A stretch of 64,000 nucleotides of DNA, from contig UQFY01000010.1 of the NCBI GenBank assembly GCA_900540385.1, positions 7,220-71,219 on the forward strand, given 5' to 3'. Below the pieces are notes generated by a model, which worked only from the letters and a program-made list of their open reading frames with translations, was not told the origin of the DNA and searched no databases. This DNA comes from an uncultured Mollicutes bacterium (GTDB lineage Bacteria; Bacillota_I; Bacilli_A; RFN20; CAG-826). Shown here piece after piece: positions 8,511 through 18,478 of this stretch (position 1 is its first letter; every line of letters starts with the position of its first letter). The position numbers and the translations under genes were made by a program.

Positions 8511-11296
8511 GATGCCTAGAAATATCTAATCTTTATAAAAGTTACGGGAAACAAAAGCTCTTTGATGGAGCATCTTTCTCTTTTCCCGATAAAGGGCTTT
8601 TCTTTATCGTTGGCGATTCTGGAACAGGGAAATCTACCTTATTTGAAATTCTTTCTGGCATCGAGATTGACTACACGGGTGACGTCTTTTTCTATGGCAA
8701 GGCATTTCAAGATTTAAGAGAAGAGGAAAGAAATGACATACGTCTTAAGGATTTTGGCTTTATTCGTCAAAATTATGATTTGTTGGAACTAGAGAGTGTT
8801 CTTGAAAATGTAATGTTACCAATATCGGGGACACAAAAGAAACTTAGGAAAAGAAAAGCGTTAGAAACTTTAGAGTTTTTAGGAATAGAAGATAAATGGA
8901 ACCAGACCGTGAACACTCTTTCGGGAGGGGAAAAACAAAGAGTGGCTATTGCAAGAGCCTTAGCCAACGATCCCAAGGTTATTCTTGCGGATGAGCCAAC
9001 AGGAGCCTTAGATAAGAAAAATAGCGAGGACGTGTATCGAATATTGAAAGAAACTTCTAAAAAATGTCTGGTTATTATCGTTTCTCATGATTTGGATGCA
9101 GCAAACCGTTATGGGGATGAGGTTCTGACTCTTTCGGAAGGAAAAATCTCTTCTGAAAAGAAAAATAACCCTGTAATGGAGAAACATTCTTTCGTGAGTT
9201 TTCTTCCTCCGAAAAAAGAAAAGATATCCTGGAATCCTTTCCTTTGGATAAAACACGCTGTTCATTTATTCCAGGCGAAGAAAATTCGTAGTCTTCTTAC
9301 TGTTTCCATCGTTTCTTTTTCTTTGCTTGCACTTGGTCTTTCTTTATATGTTCAAAGAGACCTTCAAAAAGAATTGAATAACGCTTTTGGAGAGTGGAGT
9401 GGTTCTAAGGGAATCGTTATGGAAAGTAACAGCAAGAACGAGCAAACCTTCCAACGGATTATTTCTGCGAATGAAAAAGAAATCATTTCCTTAAAAAATG
9501 AATATCCAAACGAAGTAAAAGATTATGGTGTCAGCTATCTTTGCTCCTATGAGAATTATTTTAAAGATGAGAATGAATTCTATTTCGATTCCTTTGGCAA
9601 GAAAAGTAAGATTCCTGCATTGGGAGTAAGAAACATTAACGAATACCGTTGGTTAGATGAGCTTCCTCTAGAAAAGACCATTTATCCAGAAAGACCTAAG
9701 GTCATGGAGAACGAACAAATCGTCTTATCCTTACCATATCCCTCCATGGTAAGTATGTGTCTTGCCTTGCATATTGAACGTTCCTATATCTCCCTAGGAA
9801 AGTATCTACTAGAAAAGCCCTTGGAGATTCTTCTTGAAACGGCAAATAATTCTTGGGGATATTCTGATGTGCAATTGTTTTCCCTTGTTGGCGTTTTGGA
9901 AGAAAATAGCCCAACCATATATCAGTTAAACCATTTTTGGAATGAATATGTTCTCGAGGATTGCATGGGCTTTCCTACAAGTGATGAAGAAGGTTTTTCT
10001 TTACCTTGGCTTCTTAGAAAGACTTACTATATTTTGCCTAGAAAAGATGAAGAGTCTTTTTTTAATAAAGCAAGAGAGGGGAAGACGTTAGACCAATTTG
10101 TCTTCGAAAGAGATTCCTACAATTTTGATCAAACGCATAACGAAAAGAATAAAAACTCTTCGAGCAGACGTCTTTATGTTTTTCAAGCGGATAAACAATC
10201 TCTTTCTTATCTAGACATAAAGGGGATTGCAGAACGTTTCCGTCTTTCAAGCTATTCCGTTTTTGGCGAAGCCTCTTATCTTTCCATTCCTGGCGCGATG
10301 GTGTCAGGATTTGTAAATCCGTTCTTCTTGGGCAATTCTCAAGAAAAAATTCTTTCCTTATCTGAGGGAATGAGCAAAACGGAAAAGAATAAGCCTTATT
10401 CCGATTTGGCTTTGCCAGAGGACGTTTCCTTTGGACAATATCTATATCGAAGAGATAAGGCGTTAACGATTTCCAGTGATTTTTCCAATTTGGTGAAAGG
10501 CAAAAAACCTACACGTAGCAACGAGATATGCCTCTCTGAGAAACTCTTTCATAAATTCAAAGAAAAAGAAACGCTTTATTGTGCAGGCGTTGTTTCAAAT
10601 AAAGGCAAAGGGGATTTCATCGAAAATGATTTTCGAATAGGAAAGCTTATTGTGGTAGGCATCCTAAAAGGGGAAGAAGAAACGATATACGTTACACCAA
10701 ATTGGTCGATTGATTATTGGAGAGACGAATTGGGAATGAGTTCGTTTTCCTTAGAAGCTAAAAGTGTCGTTTTCCATTGTAGTTCTTCTAAAGCAAAGGA
10801 AATTCTTCCTTCTCTTTCGGCTTCGTATCCATCGATGCGTTTTACCGATCCTTCTTTGACCATCGAATCTTCTATCAAGAACGTGATTGATTACGTTCAA
10901 ATAATACTCCGTTTTGCAAGTCTTCTTACTCTTATGACAGCAGGCTTCCTTTTCCTAACCAACACCTTGCTTTTATCTTTTGAAAATAAGAAAGAGGCAA
11001 AGTTATTTTTTGAGCTTGGAATAAGAAGAAGCACGATTGTGGACGCTTTTGGAAGCAACTTACTTTTGATGGGCTCTTTGTCCTTCTTCATTGCCGTTTC
11101 GTCATTAATAAGTGTGGAATTTACCCTTCATAAAACGTTGGAAGAGAATTTTGGAAAATCTTCTTCTTTCTTCCAACTTGACTTTTATCCTGCGATTTTT
11201 ATGTGCTTTTTCTTATTTTTTGGTATTTTCGTTTCTACTTTGTTTTTACACTTCTGGATTCAACATAAAGATTTCTCTAGAAAATGCGACTTTTAG
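8507..11296 (+). CDS. Fused ABC transporter ATP-binding domain + FtsX/MacB-type permease with ~570-aa extracytoplasmic domain
   Basis: 929 aa. GDSGTGKST, LSGGEKQR and ILADEPTGALD motifs. TM helix near aa 260, C-terminal TM bundle. ATGA overlap with the upstream paralog. Confidence 0.85.
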   Translation: MRCLEISNLYKSYGKQKLFDGASFSFPDKGLFFIVGDSGTGKSTLFEILSGIEIDYTGDVFFYGKAFQDLREEERNDIRLKDFGFIRQNYDLLELESVLENVMLPISGTQKKLRKRKALETLEFLGIEDKWNQTVNTLSGGEKQRVAIARALANDPKVILADEPTGALDKKNSEDVYRILKETSKKCLVIIVSHDLDAANRYGDEVLTLSEGKISSEKKNNPVMEKHSFVSFLPPKKEKISWNPFLWIKHAVHLFQAKKIRSLLTVSIVSFSLLALGLSLYVQRDLQKELNNAFGEWSGSKGIVMESNSKNEQTFQRIISANEKEIISLKNEYPNEVKDYGVSYLCSYENYFKDENEFYFDSFGKKSKIPALGVRNINEYRWLDELPLEKTIYPERPKVMENEQIVLSLPYPSMVSMCLALHIERSYISLGKYLLEKPLEILLETANNSWGYSDVQLFSLVGVLEENSPTIYQLNHFWNEYVLEDCMGFPTSDEEGFSLPWLLRKTYYILPRKDEESFFNKAREGKTLDQFVFERDSYNFDQTHNEKNKNSSSRRLYVFQADKQSLSYLDIKGIAERFRLSSYSVFGEASYLSIPGAMVSGFVNPFFLGNSQEKILSLSEGMSKTEKNKPYSDLALPEDVSFGQYLYRRDKALTISSDFSNLVKGKKPTRSNEICLSEKLFHKFKEKETLYCAGVVSNKGKGDFIENDFRIGKLIVVGILKGEEETIYVTPNWSIDYWRDELGMSSFSLEAKSVVFHCSSSKAKEILPSLSASYPSMRFTDPSLTIESSIKNVIDYVQIILRFASLLTLMTAGFLFLTNTLLLSFENKKEAKLFFELGIRRSTIVDAFGSNLLLMGSLSFFIAVSSLISVEFTLHKTLEENFGKSSSFFQLDFYPAIFMCFFLFFGIFVSTLFLHFWIQHKDFSRKCDF

Positions 11297-11398
11297 TCAA
11301 TTATAAAAAACTTCACTATTTGTTATTTGCTTTGGCTCAAAGGTGATAAAATTAAACATGGTCTTTCATGATGAATAGGCCAGGAAGGTTAGGTAAAT

Positions 11399-11599
11399 AT
11401 GAAGGGAACAGTCAAAAAGTTCTTCAAGGATAAAGGCTTCGGCTTCATCCACGGAGAAGATGGAAAAGACTACTTCTTCCATTATAGTGCTATCCAAATG
11501 GATAACTACAAGACTGCTGAAGTCGGTGAAAACGTTGAATTTGAACCAGCTGAATCAGATCGTGGCTTACGCGCTAATAGTGTTAAGAAAATAGACTAA
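11399..11599 (+). CDS. Cold-shock protein (CspA family)
   Basis: 66 aa. RNP1 KGFGFI and RNP2-like DYFFHYS motifs. Confidence 0.95.
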   Translation: MKGTVKKFFKDKGFGFIHGEDGKDYFFHYSAIQMDNYKTAEVGENVEFEPAESDRGLRANSVKKID

Positions 11600-11620
11600 C
11601 CGATTTGAGTTTTAGTCTCG

Positions 11621-11663
11621 AAGCGTCATTTCTTAGAGCAATCTTAGAAGTGGCGCTTTTTCT
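11621..11663 (+). terminator. Rho-independent terminator after csp
   Basis: 13-bp stem AAGCGTCATTTCT/AGAAGTGGCGCTT (two G-U pairs), 12-nt loop, T-run. Confidence 0.7.
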
Positions 11664-11724
11664 TCGTTTCAATTCCCTAGGCTTAGAGATATAATCTCTA
11701 GCGTAAAAAAGGAAGTTATTTGAT

Positions 11725-12900
11725 ATGTCATTAAAAGCTGGGATTGTTGGCCTTCCTAATGTTGGCAAATCCACCCTATTCAACGCCATTACCAATTCAC
11801 ATGTTTTGGCGGAAAATTATCCATTTGCTACCATTGACCCAAATAGTGGAGTCGTTGTTGTACCAGATGAACGTTTGGATTATCTTTGTTCGAAATACAA
11901 TCCAAAGAAAAAAGTAAACGCTACTTTTGAATTCTATGATATCGCTGGTTTGGTAAAAGGCGCTTCCAAAGGTGAAGGCTTAGGAAACCAATTTTTAGCC
12001 GCTATTAGAGAATGCGATGCTATTGTGGAAGTCGTTCGTTGCTTTGAAAACGCGAACGTTGTTCGTTATAACGACGATCCTGTAAACCCTAAGAATGATA
12101 TTGATGTCATCAATTTGGAACTTTCGATGTCTGATTTAGAGTCTGTTAATAACCGTATTGGAAAGCAAGAAAGCAAAGCAAGAATCACCAAAGACAAGAC
12201 TGCTCTGTATGAAATGCCAATCCTTCTCGCTCTTAAGGAGACTTTGGAACAGGGGACACCTGCTAGATTAACCAAAGGCCTTTCCCAAGAGCAGATGGAT
12301 TATGCAAGAAAGAATTTCTTCTTGCTCACCTTAAAACCAATCCTTTATGTCGCAAATGTCGCGGAAGATGATTACGGAGATTTATCCAATTGCGCAAACT
12401 ATCAGGCTGTTAAAGAAATTGCTGACCAAGAAAATGCTGTTTGCATTCCTCTTTCTTGCGAAATTGAATATGAAATCTCTCAATTATCTTCTCCAGAAGA
12501 GAAACAAGAATTCTTAGAGACTCTTGGGGTGAAAGAATCAGGACTTGATCGTTTGGTTAAGGCTTCCTATAAATTGCTTAATCTTTCCACTTTCCTTACT
12601 TGTGGAGTAGATGAATGCCGTGCTTGGACCTTCCATAATGGAATGCTAGCCCCTCAATGCGCTGGTATCATTCATACCGATTTTGAGAAAGGCTTTATTA
12701 AAGCGGAAGTCTATCCATTTGAAGAATTTAAGAAAATGGGTGATTCCTTGACTGCTGACACCTTTATTGGAAACGGCAGTGTAGGCGACCGCATTGAACA
12801 AATGATTCGTGAAGCTGGTAAAATTCGTTCAGAAGGAAAAGAATACGTGATGAAAGATGGCGATGTTGTCTTCTTCCGTTTCAATGTTACGAAAAAATAA
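11725..12900 (+). CDS. ychF: Ribosome-binding ATPase YchF
   Basis: 391 aa. G1 motif GLPNVGKST and C-terminal TGS-like end [11 protein letters not shown]. About 25 extra residues lie near the C-terminus relative to typical ~365-aa YchF. Confidence 0.93.
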   Translation: MSLKAGIVGLPNVGKSTLFNAITNSHVLAENYPFATIDPNSGVVVVPDERLDYLCSKYNPKKKVNATFEFYDIAGLVKGASKGEGLGNQFLAAIRECDAIVEVVRCFENANVVRYNDDPVNPKNDIDVINLELSMSDLESVNNRIGKQESKARITKDKTALYEMPILLALKETLEQGTPARLTKGLSQEQMDYARKNFFLLTLKPILYVANVAEDDYGDLSNCANYQAVKEIADQENAVCIPLSCEIEYEISQLSSPEEKQEFLETLGVKESGLDRLVKASYKLLNLSTFLTCGVDECRAWTFHNGMLAPQCAGIIHTDFEKGFIKAEVYPFEEFKKMGDSLTADTFIGNGSVGDRIEQMIREAGKIRSEGKEYVMKDGDVVFFRFNVTKK

Positions 12901-12903
12901 ACT

Positions 12904-13377
12904 ATGAGAATTGGCTACGGAGAAGACATACACGCTCTAACAAGTGGCAGGAAACTCATCCTTGCAGGAGTTCATATCCCTTATGAATTCGGCTTGGACG
13001 GACATTCTGATGCTGATGTGGTTTATCACGCATTAAGTGATGCTCTTCTAGGCTCTTTAGCCTTGGGGGATATTGGGAAATATTTTCCACCAACAGATGA
13101 GAGCATTGCCGGCATTTCTTCTAGCATCATTGTTTCTTCATGTCACAAAATGCTTCAAGAAAAGGGGTGTCACGTCGTGAATGTTGATATTTCCATTCTC
13201 GCTGAAAAGCCTCATTTAGCGGAATACATCCTTCAAATGAGAGAAAATATTGCCCATCTTCTTCAAATAGAAATAGAAAACGTTTCTGTTAAAGCCATGA
13301 CAAACGAAGGCTTTGATGCGATTGGAGCAAAGAAAGCCATCAAAGCTGTTGCTGTTACATTAATTGATAAGGAGTAA
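12904..13377 (+). CDS. ispF: 2-C-methyl-D-erythritol 2,4-cyclodiphosphate synthase
   Basis: 157 aa. MRIGYGEDIH..GHSDADV..H..DA..GA..LGDIG motifs. Confidence 0.93.
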   Translation: MRIGYGEDIHALTSGRKLILAGVHIPYEFGLDGHSDADVVYHALSDALLGSLALGDIGKYFPPTDESIAGISSSIIVSSCHKMLQEKGCHVVNVDISILAEKPHLAEYILQMRENIAHLLQIEIENVSVKAMTNEGFDAIGAKKAIKAVAVTLIDKE

Positions 13378-13379
13378 AT

Positions 13380-15008
13380 ATGACAAACGAAAAGGAGCTA
13401 CAAACTATTCTTGCCCTAAGCGCAAAAGAAATCGGCTTGGATGTGAAACCCGAAGAAATTACCATCGAACAAACAAAGGACAAAGCGCATGGTGATTACG
13501 CAACAAATCTAGCGATGAAATCCGCTAAAGCGTTGCATAAAGCTCCAAAAGCCATCGCAGAAGAATTACTAAAACACATCTCTTCTCCAAAGATTTCAAA
13601 GGTTGAGATAGCGGGCCCAGGCTTTATTAACTTTTTCCTCAAAGCGGATTCTTTGAATTCCATCGTAACTACCATCCTTGAAGAAGGGGAGCATTATGGC
13701 GATGGTGAGAAAAAAGATGTCCGTATCGATGTGGAATTTGTTTCCGCAAACCCAACAGGCGATCTCCATTTAGGACATACAAGAGGAGCGGCTCTTGGTG
13801 ATTCTATTTCCAATCTCTATGCAAAAGCGGGATATGATGTCACAAGAGAATATTATGTGAACGACTGTGGTAACCAAGTAGAACATCTTGGCCATTCGAT
13901 CCGTGAAAGATATCACGAATTATATGGGGAAACTCCAAATTTCGGAGATGATGACTACCATGGTGTCGATTTAATTAAAATCGCCGAATCCATTAAAGAA
14001 GAATATGGCGATAAATATCTTGAAGATAATCAAGAATCTCATGATTTCTTTATCCGTTATGGCATTGATAAAGAGTTAGGCAAAATCAAAAAAGACATGG
14101 CTGATTTCGGCGTTCATTTTGATCGTTTCTCTTTTGAATCCGATATCCGTAAAGGAAACACCATTACCGATACAATCGAAGAGCTTCGTCAAAAAGGATA
14201 CGTCTATGAAAAAGACGGCGCGACGTATTTAAAAACGACGGCTTTCTTAGATGATAAAGATAGACCAATTATCAAGCAGGATGGGAAATATACCTATTTC
14301 ATGCCAGATATTTGCTATCACTATAATAAACTTTCTCGTGGCTATAACCTTCTTATCGATTGCCTTGGCGCCGACCATTTTGGCTATTTGAACCGTATGA
14401 GAAGCGCTCTCATGATGAAAGGCTATTCCAAAGACGTTATTGATTTTGAAATTTATCAAATCGTTAAGGTTTATAAAGATGGTGAAGAAGTCAAAATGTC
14501 TAAACGTACTGGTAAAGGCATCACGCATCGTGAACTAGTTGGTGAAGTGGGCAAGGACGCTGTTCGCTATTTCTTCTGTGAAAGAAGTTCAGATGCTCAT
14601 TTAGACTTCGATATGAACCTTGCTACATCCAAGAGCAAAGAAAATCCTGTTTATTACGCTCAATACGCTTACGCTCGTTGCACTTCCTTATTAGAAATGG
14701 GCAAAGATATTGGCATTGATTCTAGCGCAAAATGCCTCACAAATGAGAAAGAAGGAAACATTTTAAAACATCTTTCCGTTTTTCCTAGTATGATTATTAC
14801 CGCAGCTAATGCAAGAGCCCCTTATAAAGTCGCGGGTTATATTCATGAATTAGCACGTCTCATTCACGAATATTATGCAAGCAATCGTATCATCGATAGA
14901 GATGATATTGCCTTGACTTCTTCCCGTTTGGCTCTTGTGAAAGCCTGTCAAATCGTCCTCAAAAACGCCTTAGCCTTGCTTGGGGTAAGTGCACCAGAAA
15001 AGATGTAA
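13380..15008 (+). CDS. argS: Arginine--tRNA ligase
   Basis: 542 aa. SANPTGDLHLGH (HIGH) and MSKR-type motif KMSKRTGK. DALR anticodon-binding C-terminus. Confidence 0.95.
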   Translation: MTNEKELQTILALSAKEIGLDVKPEEITIEQTKDKAHGDYATNLAMKSAKALHKAPKAIAEELLKHISSPKISKVEIAGPGFINFFLKADSLNSIVTTILEEGEHYGDGEKKDVRIDVEFVSANPTGDLHLGHTRGAALGDSISNLYAKAGYDVTREYYVNDCGNQVEHLGHSIRERYHELYGETPNFGDDDYHGVDLIKIAESIKEEYGDKYLEDNQESHDFFIRYGIDKELGKIKKDMADFGVHFDRFSFESDIRKGNTITDTIEELRQKGYVYEKDGATYLKTTAFLDDKDRPIIKQDGKYTYFMPDICYHYNKLSRGYNLLIDCLGADHFGYLNRMRSALMMKGYSKDVIDFEIYQIVKVYKDGEEVKMSKRTGKGITHRELVGEVGKDAVRYFFCERSSDAHLDFDMNLATSKSKENPVYYAQYAYARCTSLLEMGKDIGIDSSAKCLTNEKEGNILKHLSVFPSMIITAANARAPYKVAGYIHELARLIHEYYASNRIIDRDDIALTSSRLALVKACQIVLKNALALLGVSAPEKM

Positions 15009-15019
15009 AGGAGAAACAT

Positions 15020-15469
15020 ATGGACAAACAAAGCATGATCGATGTTGCTTACGCAATCATCAAAAAAGAAGGAAAAATCTTCACCTTTAAAGAACTCTAT
15101 AACGAAGTTGCCTTAAACCTCGAGATGGATGACGCAACAAAAATAAAGAACATCGGAGAATTCTACACTCAACTCACCGTTGATGGACGTTTTGTCGCTC
15201 TTGGTGATAATACCTGGGACTTAAGAGAAAGACACACCTATGAAAAATCCCATGATGAATCCATCAACGAAGTCTATAAGGAAGTTGAAGATGATTCTGA
15301 TGTCGATGCAGTAGACAAGCAAGAAGAAAAAGAATACAACGCTGAAATCGAAGGCAAAGAAATTGTTGAAGATGATAGCGATGAAGAAACTTCTAGCGAT
15401 GCCGACTCTGAAGACGATGAAACAGTCAAATACACTGACGAAGACGTTTCTACTTTAATTGGTAAATAA
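15020..15469 (+). CDS. rpoE: DNA-directed RNA polymerase delta subunit
   Basis: 149 aa. HARE-HTH-like N-domain (MIDVAYAIIKKEG..FYTQLTVDGRFV) plus a strongly acidic D/E-rich tail. Confidence 0.85.
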   Translation: MDKQSMIDVAYAIIKKEGKIFTFKELYNEVALNLEMDDATKIKNIGEFYTQLTVDGRFVALGDNTWDLRERHTYEKSHDESINEVYKEVEDDSDVDAVDKQEEKEYNAEIEGKEIVEDDSDEETSSDADSEDDETVKYTDEDVSTLIGK

Positions 15470-15483
15470 GTAAACAAAAAATG

Positions 15484-15528
15484 AAAAGGGACTGCTAAGA
15501 AATGAAAAATCTTAACAGCCCCTTTTTC
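15484..15528. terminator. Bidirectional hairpin terminator between rpoE and convergent gene
   Basis: GGGACTGCTAAGA / TCTTAACAGCCCC pairs at 11 of 13 positions. Flanked by an A-run and a T-run. Confidence 0.65.
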
Positions 15529-15541
15529 TTACCTCAAAAAC

Positions 15542-16024
15542 TTATTTAGTTTCTTCTTTGCGAAGGAAATATCTTTTATTCACTCTAATGACACGAACTT
15601 CTTGAACCTCTGGATCAAGAGTGAGGATGGTAACGGGTCTCTTGTATTCGTTTTCAACTTCTTTGTCGTTTTCCTTCTCTTTGATTTTTAAGCTAACAAG
15701 ATCGTTTTCGTCTTGTTTCTTAGAAACCACATAGAAAAACTTAGGCAACTCTTTATCTTTGTCTTCTGGTTCGATAACAAGAATGGAGCTAAAAGGAATG
15801 TCGTTATCTTTTAATTCTCCATACAATTCCACGTGGGTTTCATCGAGGATTTTTCCATATTTGGATATTCCTCCGAAAGCGGAATCGTCTTCGTAAATGC
15901 TAAATTTTCGGGCGTTCTTTGTATAAGCGCTCTCTAATTTTGACTCTCTATTTGCGTCACTGATATTTTTCCCCACTTTGTGGAAAAACTTGGTAAAACC
16001 GTTTTCTTTTTTCTCTTCAGGCAT
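15542..16024 (-). CDS. Hypothetical protein (no family recognised)
   Basis: 160-aa ORF with an AAGGAAAAAGGA ribosome-binding site, bounded by a terminator. Lys/Glu-rich, no TM helix. Confidence 0.6.
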   Translation of the reverse strand: MPEEKKENGFTKFFHKVGKNISDANRESKLESAYTKNARKFSIYEDDSAFGGISKYGKILDETHVELYGELKDNDIPFSSILVIEPEDKDKELPKFFYVVSKKQDENDLVSLKIKEKENDKEVENEYKRPVTILTLDPEVQEVRVIRVNKRYFLRKEETK

Positions 16025-16123
16025 TCCTTTTTCCTTCTTTCCCCTTCATTATAGGGCAAAAAATATAAAGAAAGTTTCAATAAAAGGGGAAATTTTCCAA
16101 GAATTGAGTAAAATATTGCAGTT

Positions 16124-16915
16124 ATGAAACTGTTTGTCTTTGATGTTGACGGAACCTTAGTACATGATGGTGGAGAAATCTCTCAATCGGTTAGGGAAAG
16201 TATCCAACATCGATTAGATATGGGCGACGCGATTGCGATTGCCTCAGGACGTCCCTTTACTGGCATTAACAAATATCTCTCTTTATTTAAAGGAGAAAAT
16301 CGTTTTGCGATTGGCTCAAATGGTGCAATCCTTCAGGATTCTTCTGGAAACGTTCTTAAACGTAACGGATTAGAATTCAAAGATCTATTTTCTATTAGAG
16401 ATGAATACCCCCAAATCGAAAAAGAAGGCGGCGCTATCTATGCCTATGATAAAAATGGAGAAGTGATTGCCCTTTCTTCCTCTATTTGGACGGATGATGA
16501 AGTGAAATATAACGGAGTATCCGTGAGTCTTATTGATGAACATAGTTTTCCAGAAAACGAAATTATTTTGAAAGTCATGGTTGCAGCCCCTTCTAGCCTT
16601 ATTTCCTCTTTACAAATATCTAAAAATGATAAGAAACGATATAATATTGTTAAGTCTGACCCTAGATATCTAGAGTTTATGAATCCTTTGGCGGATAAAA
16701 CGACAGGGGTCGTTTATCTTGAAGAAAAATTAGGTATCAAGAAAGAAGACATTTACACGTTCGGAGATGAACAAAACGATCTTCGAATGCTTGAAGATTT
16801 CCAAGGAATTGCCATGGGAAACGCAATCGATGCTTGCAAAGAAAAAGCAAAATTCGTAACCAAAACCGTTTATGAAGATGGAATCGCTTATGCGTTTAAC
16901 GAATATATCAAATAA
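16124..16915 (+). CDS. Cof-type HAD-IIB phosphatase
   Basis: 263 aa. DVDGTL, ASGRP and FGDEQNDLRML..GIAMGNA motifs. Confidence 0.88.
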   Translation: MKLFVFDVDGTLVHDGGEISQSVRESIQHRLDMGDAIAIASGRPFTGINKYLSLFKGENRFAIGSNGAILQDSSGNVLKRNGLEFKDLFSIRDEYPQIEKEGGAIYAYDKNGEVIALSSSIWTDDEVKYNGVSVSLIDEHSFPENEIILKVMVAAPSSLISSLQISKNDKKRYNIVKSDPRYLEFMNPLADKTTGVVYLEEKLGIKKEDIYTFGDEQNDLRMLEDFQGIAMGNAIDACKEKAKFVTKTVYEDGIAYAFNEYIK

Positions 16916-16928
16916 TAAGGAGAAGAAT

Positions 16929-17711
16929 ATGTACGAAAAAGAACTTAAAAAAATGATTGAAGCCGCAAAGAAAGCTCAAGAATGGATTCTTGATGTCTAT
17001 CATACCGACTTTGAAGTAGTCACAAAGGAAGATAATTCCCCTGTTACGAATGCTGACAAAGGAGCCGATAAAATCATCCGTGATATGTTATCCAAAGCCT
17101 TCCCAGACTATGGTTTCTTAACCGAGGAAAGCAAGGATACTAAAGAAAGACTCACCAAAGAATATATCTTTGTTATTGATCCAGTCGATGGAACAAAGGA
17201 ATTCGTTTCTAGAAATGGCCAATTCACTACAAATATCGCCCTTGTTCATAAACATGAAGTAGTGGCCGGCGTAATTAACATCCCAATGCTTGATATTGTT
17301 TATTTCGCTAGCAAAGGAGATGGAGCTTATAAGTTAAAGAATGGCGGAGAGAAGATCAAGATTCACGTTAGTGATAGAACCGAGAATCTTCGTGCTGTCC
17401 GTTCTTGCTCCTTCTTTAATGAAAAAGAAAAGAGCATTTATGAAAAACATCCAGAACTATATGCTTCTATAAATCCATTGGGCGCTGCTATGAAATTCTG
17501 TTTCATTGCTGATGGCCAAGCGGATATTTCTTATCGTTGCTCAGCGGGAACAAAAGAATGGGACGTTGCTGCAGGGGATATCATTCTCACTGAAGCGGGA
17601 GGAGTTATGCTTGTTCCTCCTGAGATGAAAGAGATGACTTATAACCGTGAAGATGTCTATAATCGTCAAGGTTATGTGACAGCAAACAAAAAAGAGAACA
17701 TTCATTATTAA
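16929..17711 (+). CDS. Inositol monophosphatase / CysQ family phosphatase
   Basis: FLTEES, IDPVDGTKEF and WDVAAG motifs. I chose the ATG at 16929 (AAGGAGAAG ribosome-binding site) over the track start 16872, which overlaps the upstream gene. Confidence 0.85.
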   Translation: MYEKELKKMIEAAKKAQEWILDVYHTDFEVVTKEDNSPVTNADKGADKIIRDMLSKAFPDYGFLTEESKDTKERLTKEYIFVIDPVDGTKEFVSRNGQFTTNIALVHKHEVVAGVINIPMLDIVYFASKGDGAYKLKNGGEKIKIHVSDRTENLRAVRSCSFFNEKEKSIYEKHPELYASINPLGAAMKFCFIADGQADISYRCSAGTKEWDVAAGDIILTEAGGVMLVPPEMKEMTYNREDVYNRQGYVTANKKENIHY

Positions 17712-17734
17712 AAAAGTGGCATAGGCCACTTTTA
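17711..17734. terminator. Bidirectional terminator
   Basis: AAAAAGTGGC-ATAG-GCCACTTTT, flanked by A and T runs. Overlaps the stop of the minus-strand Nfu gene. Confidence 0.75.
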
Positions 17735-18052
17735 TTCTTTTTTAGGTTCCTCTGCTGGAGTTTCCATCTCTTTTTCTTTTCTTGCTAGATATTCATTCAT
17801 TACATCTTCAGGGAGATTCATTGACGCGTCACAGCGAATAACGCCAGGAACCTCCTCCATTAAAATGATCTCTACGCCTTGAGAAATATCGGCATCGGCA
17901 TATAAACAGCCGTTACACGCTCCAACCATTCGAACATATACGACTCCATCTTTGAAACCGATATATTCAATATCGCCTCCTTCTCTCTTTAAGAAAGGGC
18001 GAACCTTATCTAACACTTCTTCTATTTGTTTATCGATTGCTTCTTCTGCCAT
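17732..18052 (-). CDS. NifU-like (Nfu) Fe-S cluster assembly domain protein
   Basis: 106 aa. Nfu/NifU C-terminal pattern VRPFLKREGGDIE..V.V...GACNGC. Confidence 0.8.
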   Translation of the reverse strand: MAEEAIDKQIEEVLDKVRPFLKREGGDIEYIGFKDGVVYVRMVGACNGCLYADADISQGVEIILMEEVPGVIRCDASMNLPEDVMNEYLARKEKEMETPAEEPKKE

Positions 18053-18062
18053 AACGGAAACT

Positions 18063-18091
18063 ATTCTAGTTTCTAGGTTAGATTATCGCAA
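18063..18091 (-). promoter_or_regulatory. Putative sigma-70 promoter for the Nfu gene
   Basis: On the minus strand, TTGCGA-17 nt-TAGAAT lies 10 nt before the ATG, with no Shine-Dalgarno between. Confidence 0.45.
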
Positions 18092-18114
18092 GGAATATAA
18101 CTTATAATAAATTC

Positions 18115-18471
18115 ATGGAAAGAAAGATAACGGCCAGTAAAACAACGATTCTTGATGCGGTATACACTTTAAAATGCGAGGGATATCAAGCAACCTTAGA
18201 AGGTCTTACACACTTGCTTTTAGGAGATAAAGAGGGAGAAGTCCTCTCTTCTAGTGGAGTTTTTGCCTATTTGCCCTCCCTTTCTTCTAAAAAAATTAAG
18301 AACCGCGTTCACTATCTTCTCCAAAACGGTTTCCTTATCTTGATTTACGATCCAAAAAACGATGTGCATTTTCTTTCTCTCTCCGTTAAAGGGGAAGAAG
18401 GAAGAAAAATACTTATCAAAAAGAAACCGGCAATAAAGAAAGAAACGATTCTTTTCGCACCAATTCCATAA
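18115..18471 (+). CDS. Hypothetical protein, possible RQC-like winged-helix domain
   Basis: 118-aa ORF. TATAAT (18103-18108) lies 6 nt before the ATG and there is no Shine-Dalgarno. Only a weak resemblance to the RecQ C-terminal winged-helix pattern. Confidence 0.55.
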   Translation: MERKITASKTTILDAVYTLKCEGYQATLEGLTHLLLGDKEGEVLSSSGVFAYLPSLSSKKIKNRVHYLLQNGFLILIYDPKNDVHFLSLSVKGEEGRKILIKKKPAIKKETILFAPIP

Positions 18472-18478
18472 AAGAAAA

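Noticed and set aside
12700-12860. ~25-aa insertion near the YchF C-terminus and ~50-aa insertion in the MgtE TM domain (about 34400-34560) as possible novel modules
   Set aside because: Both are short lineage-specific loop insertions in otherwise canonical proteins. The sequence alone gives no evidence of independent function.
16872-16928. N-terminal extensions given by the ORF track for several genes (16872, 21502, 24280, 26459, 36528, 44914, 45794, 47616, 58235, 59418, 20481)
   Set aside because: The extensions overlap upstream genes or use non-ATG or non-RBS starts. Internal ATGs with ribosome-binding sites, coupling overlaps (ATGA/ATGAGTGA) or proper lipoprotein/family N-termini fit better. 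Some of these start choices remain uncertain.
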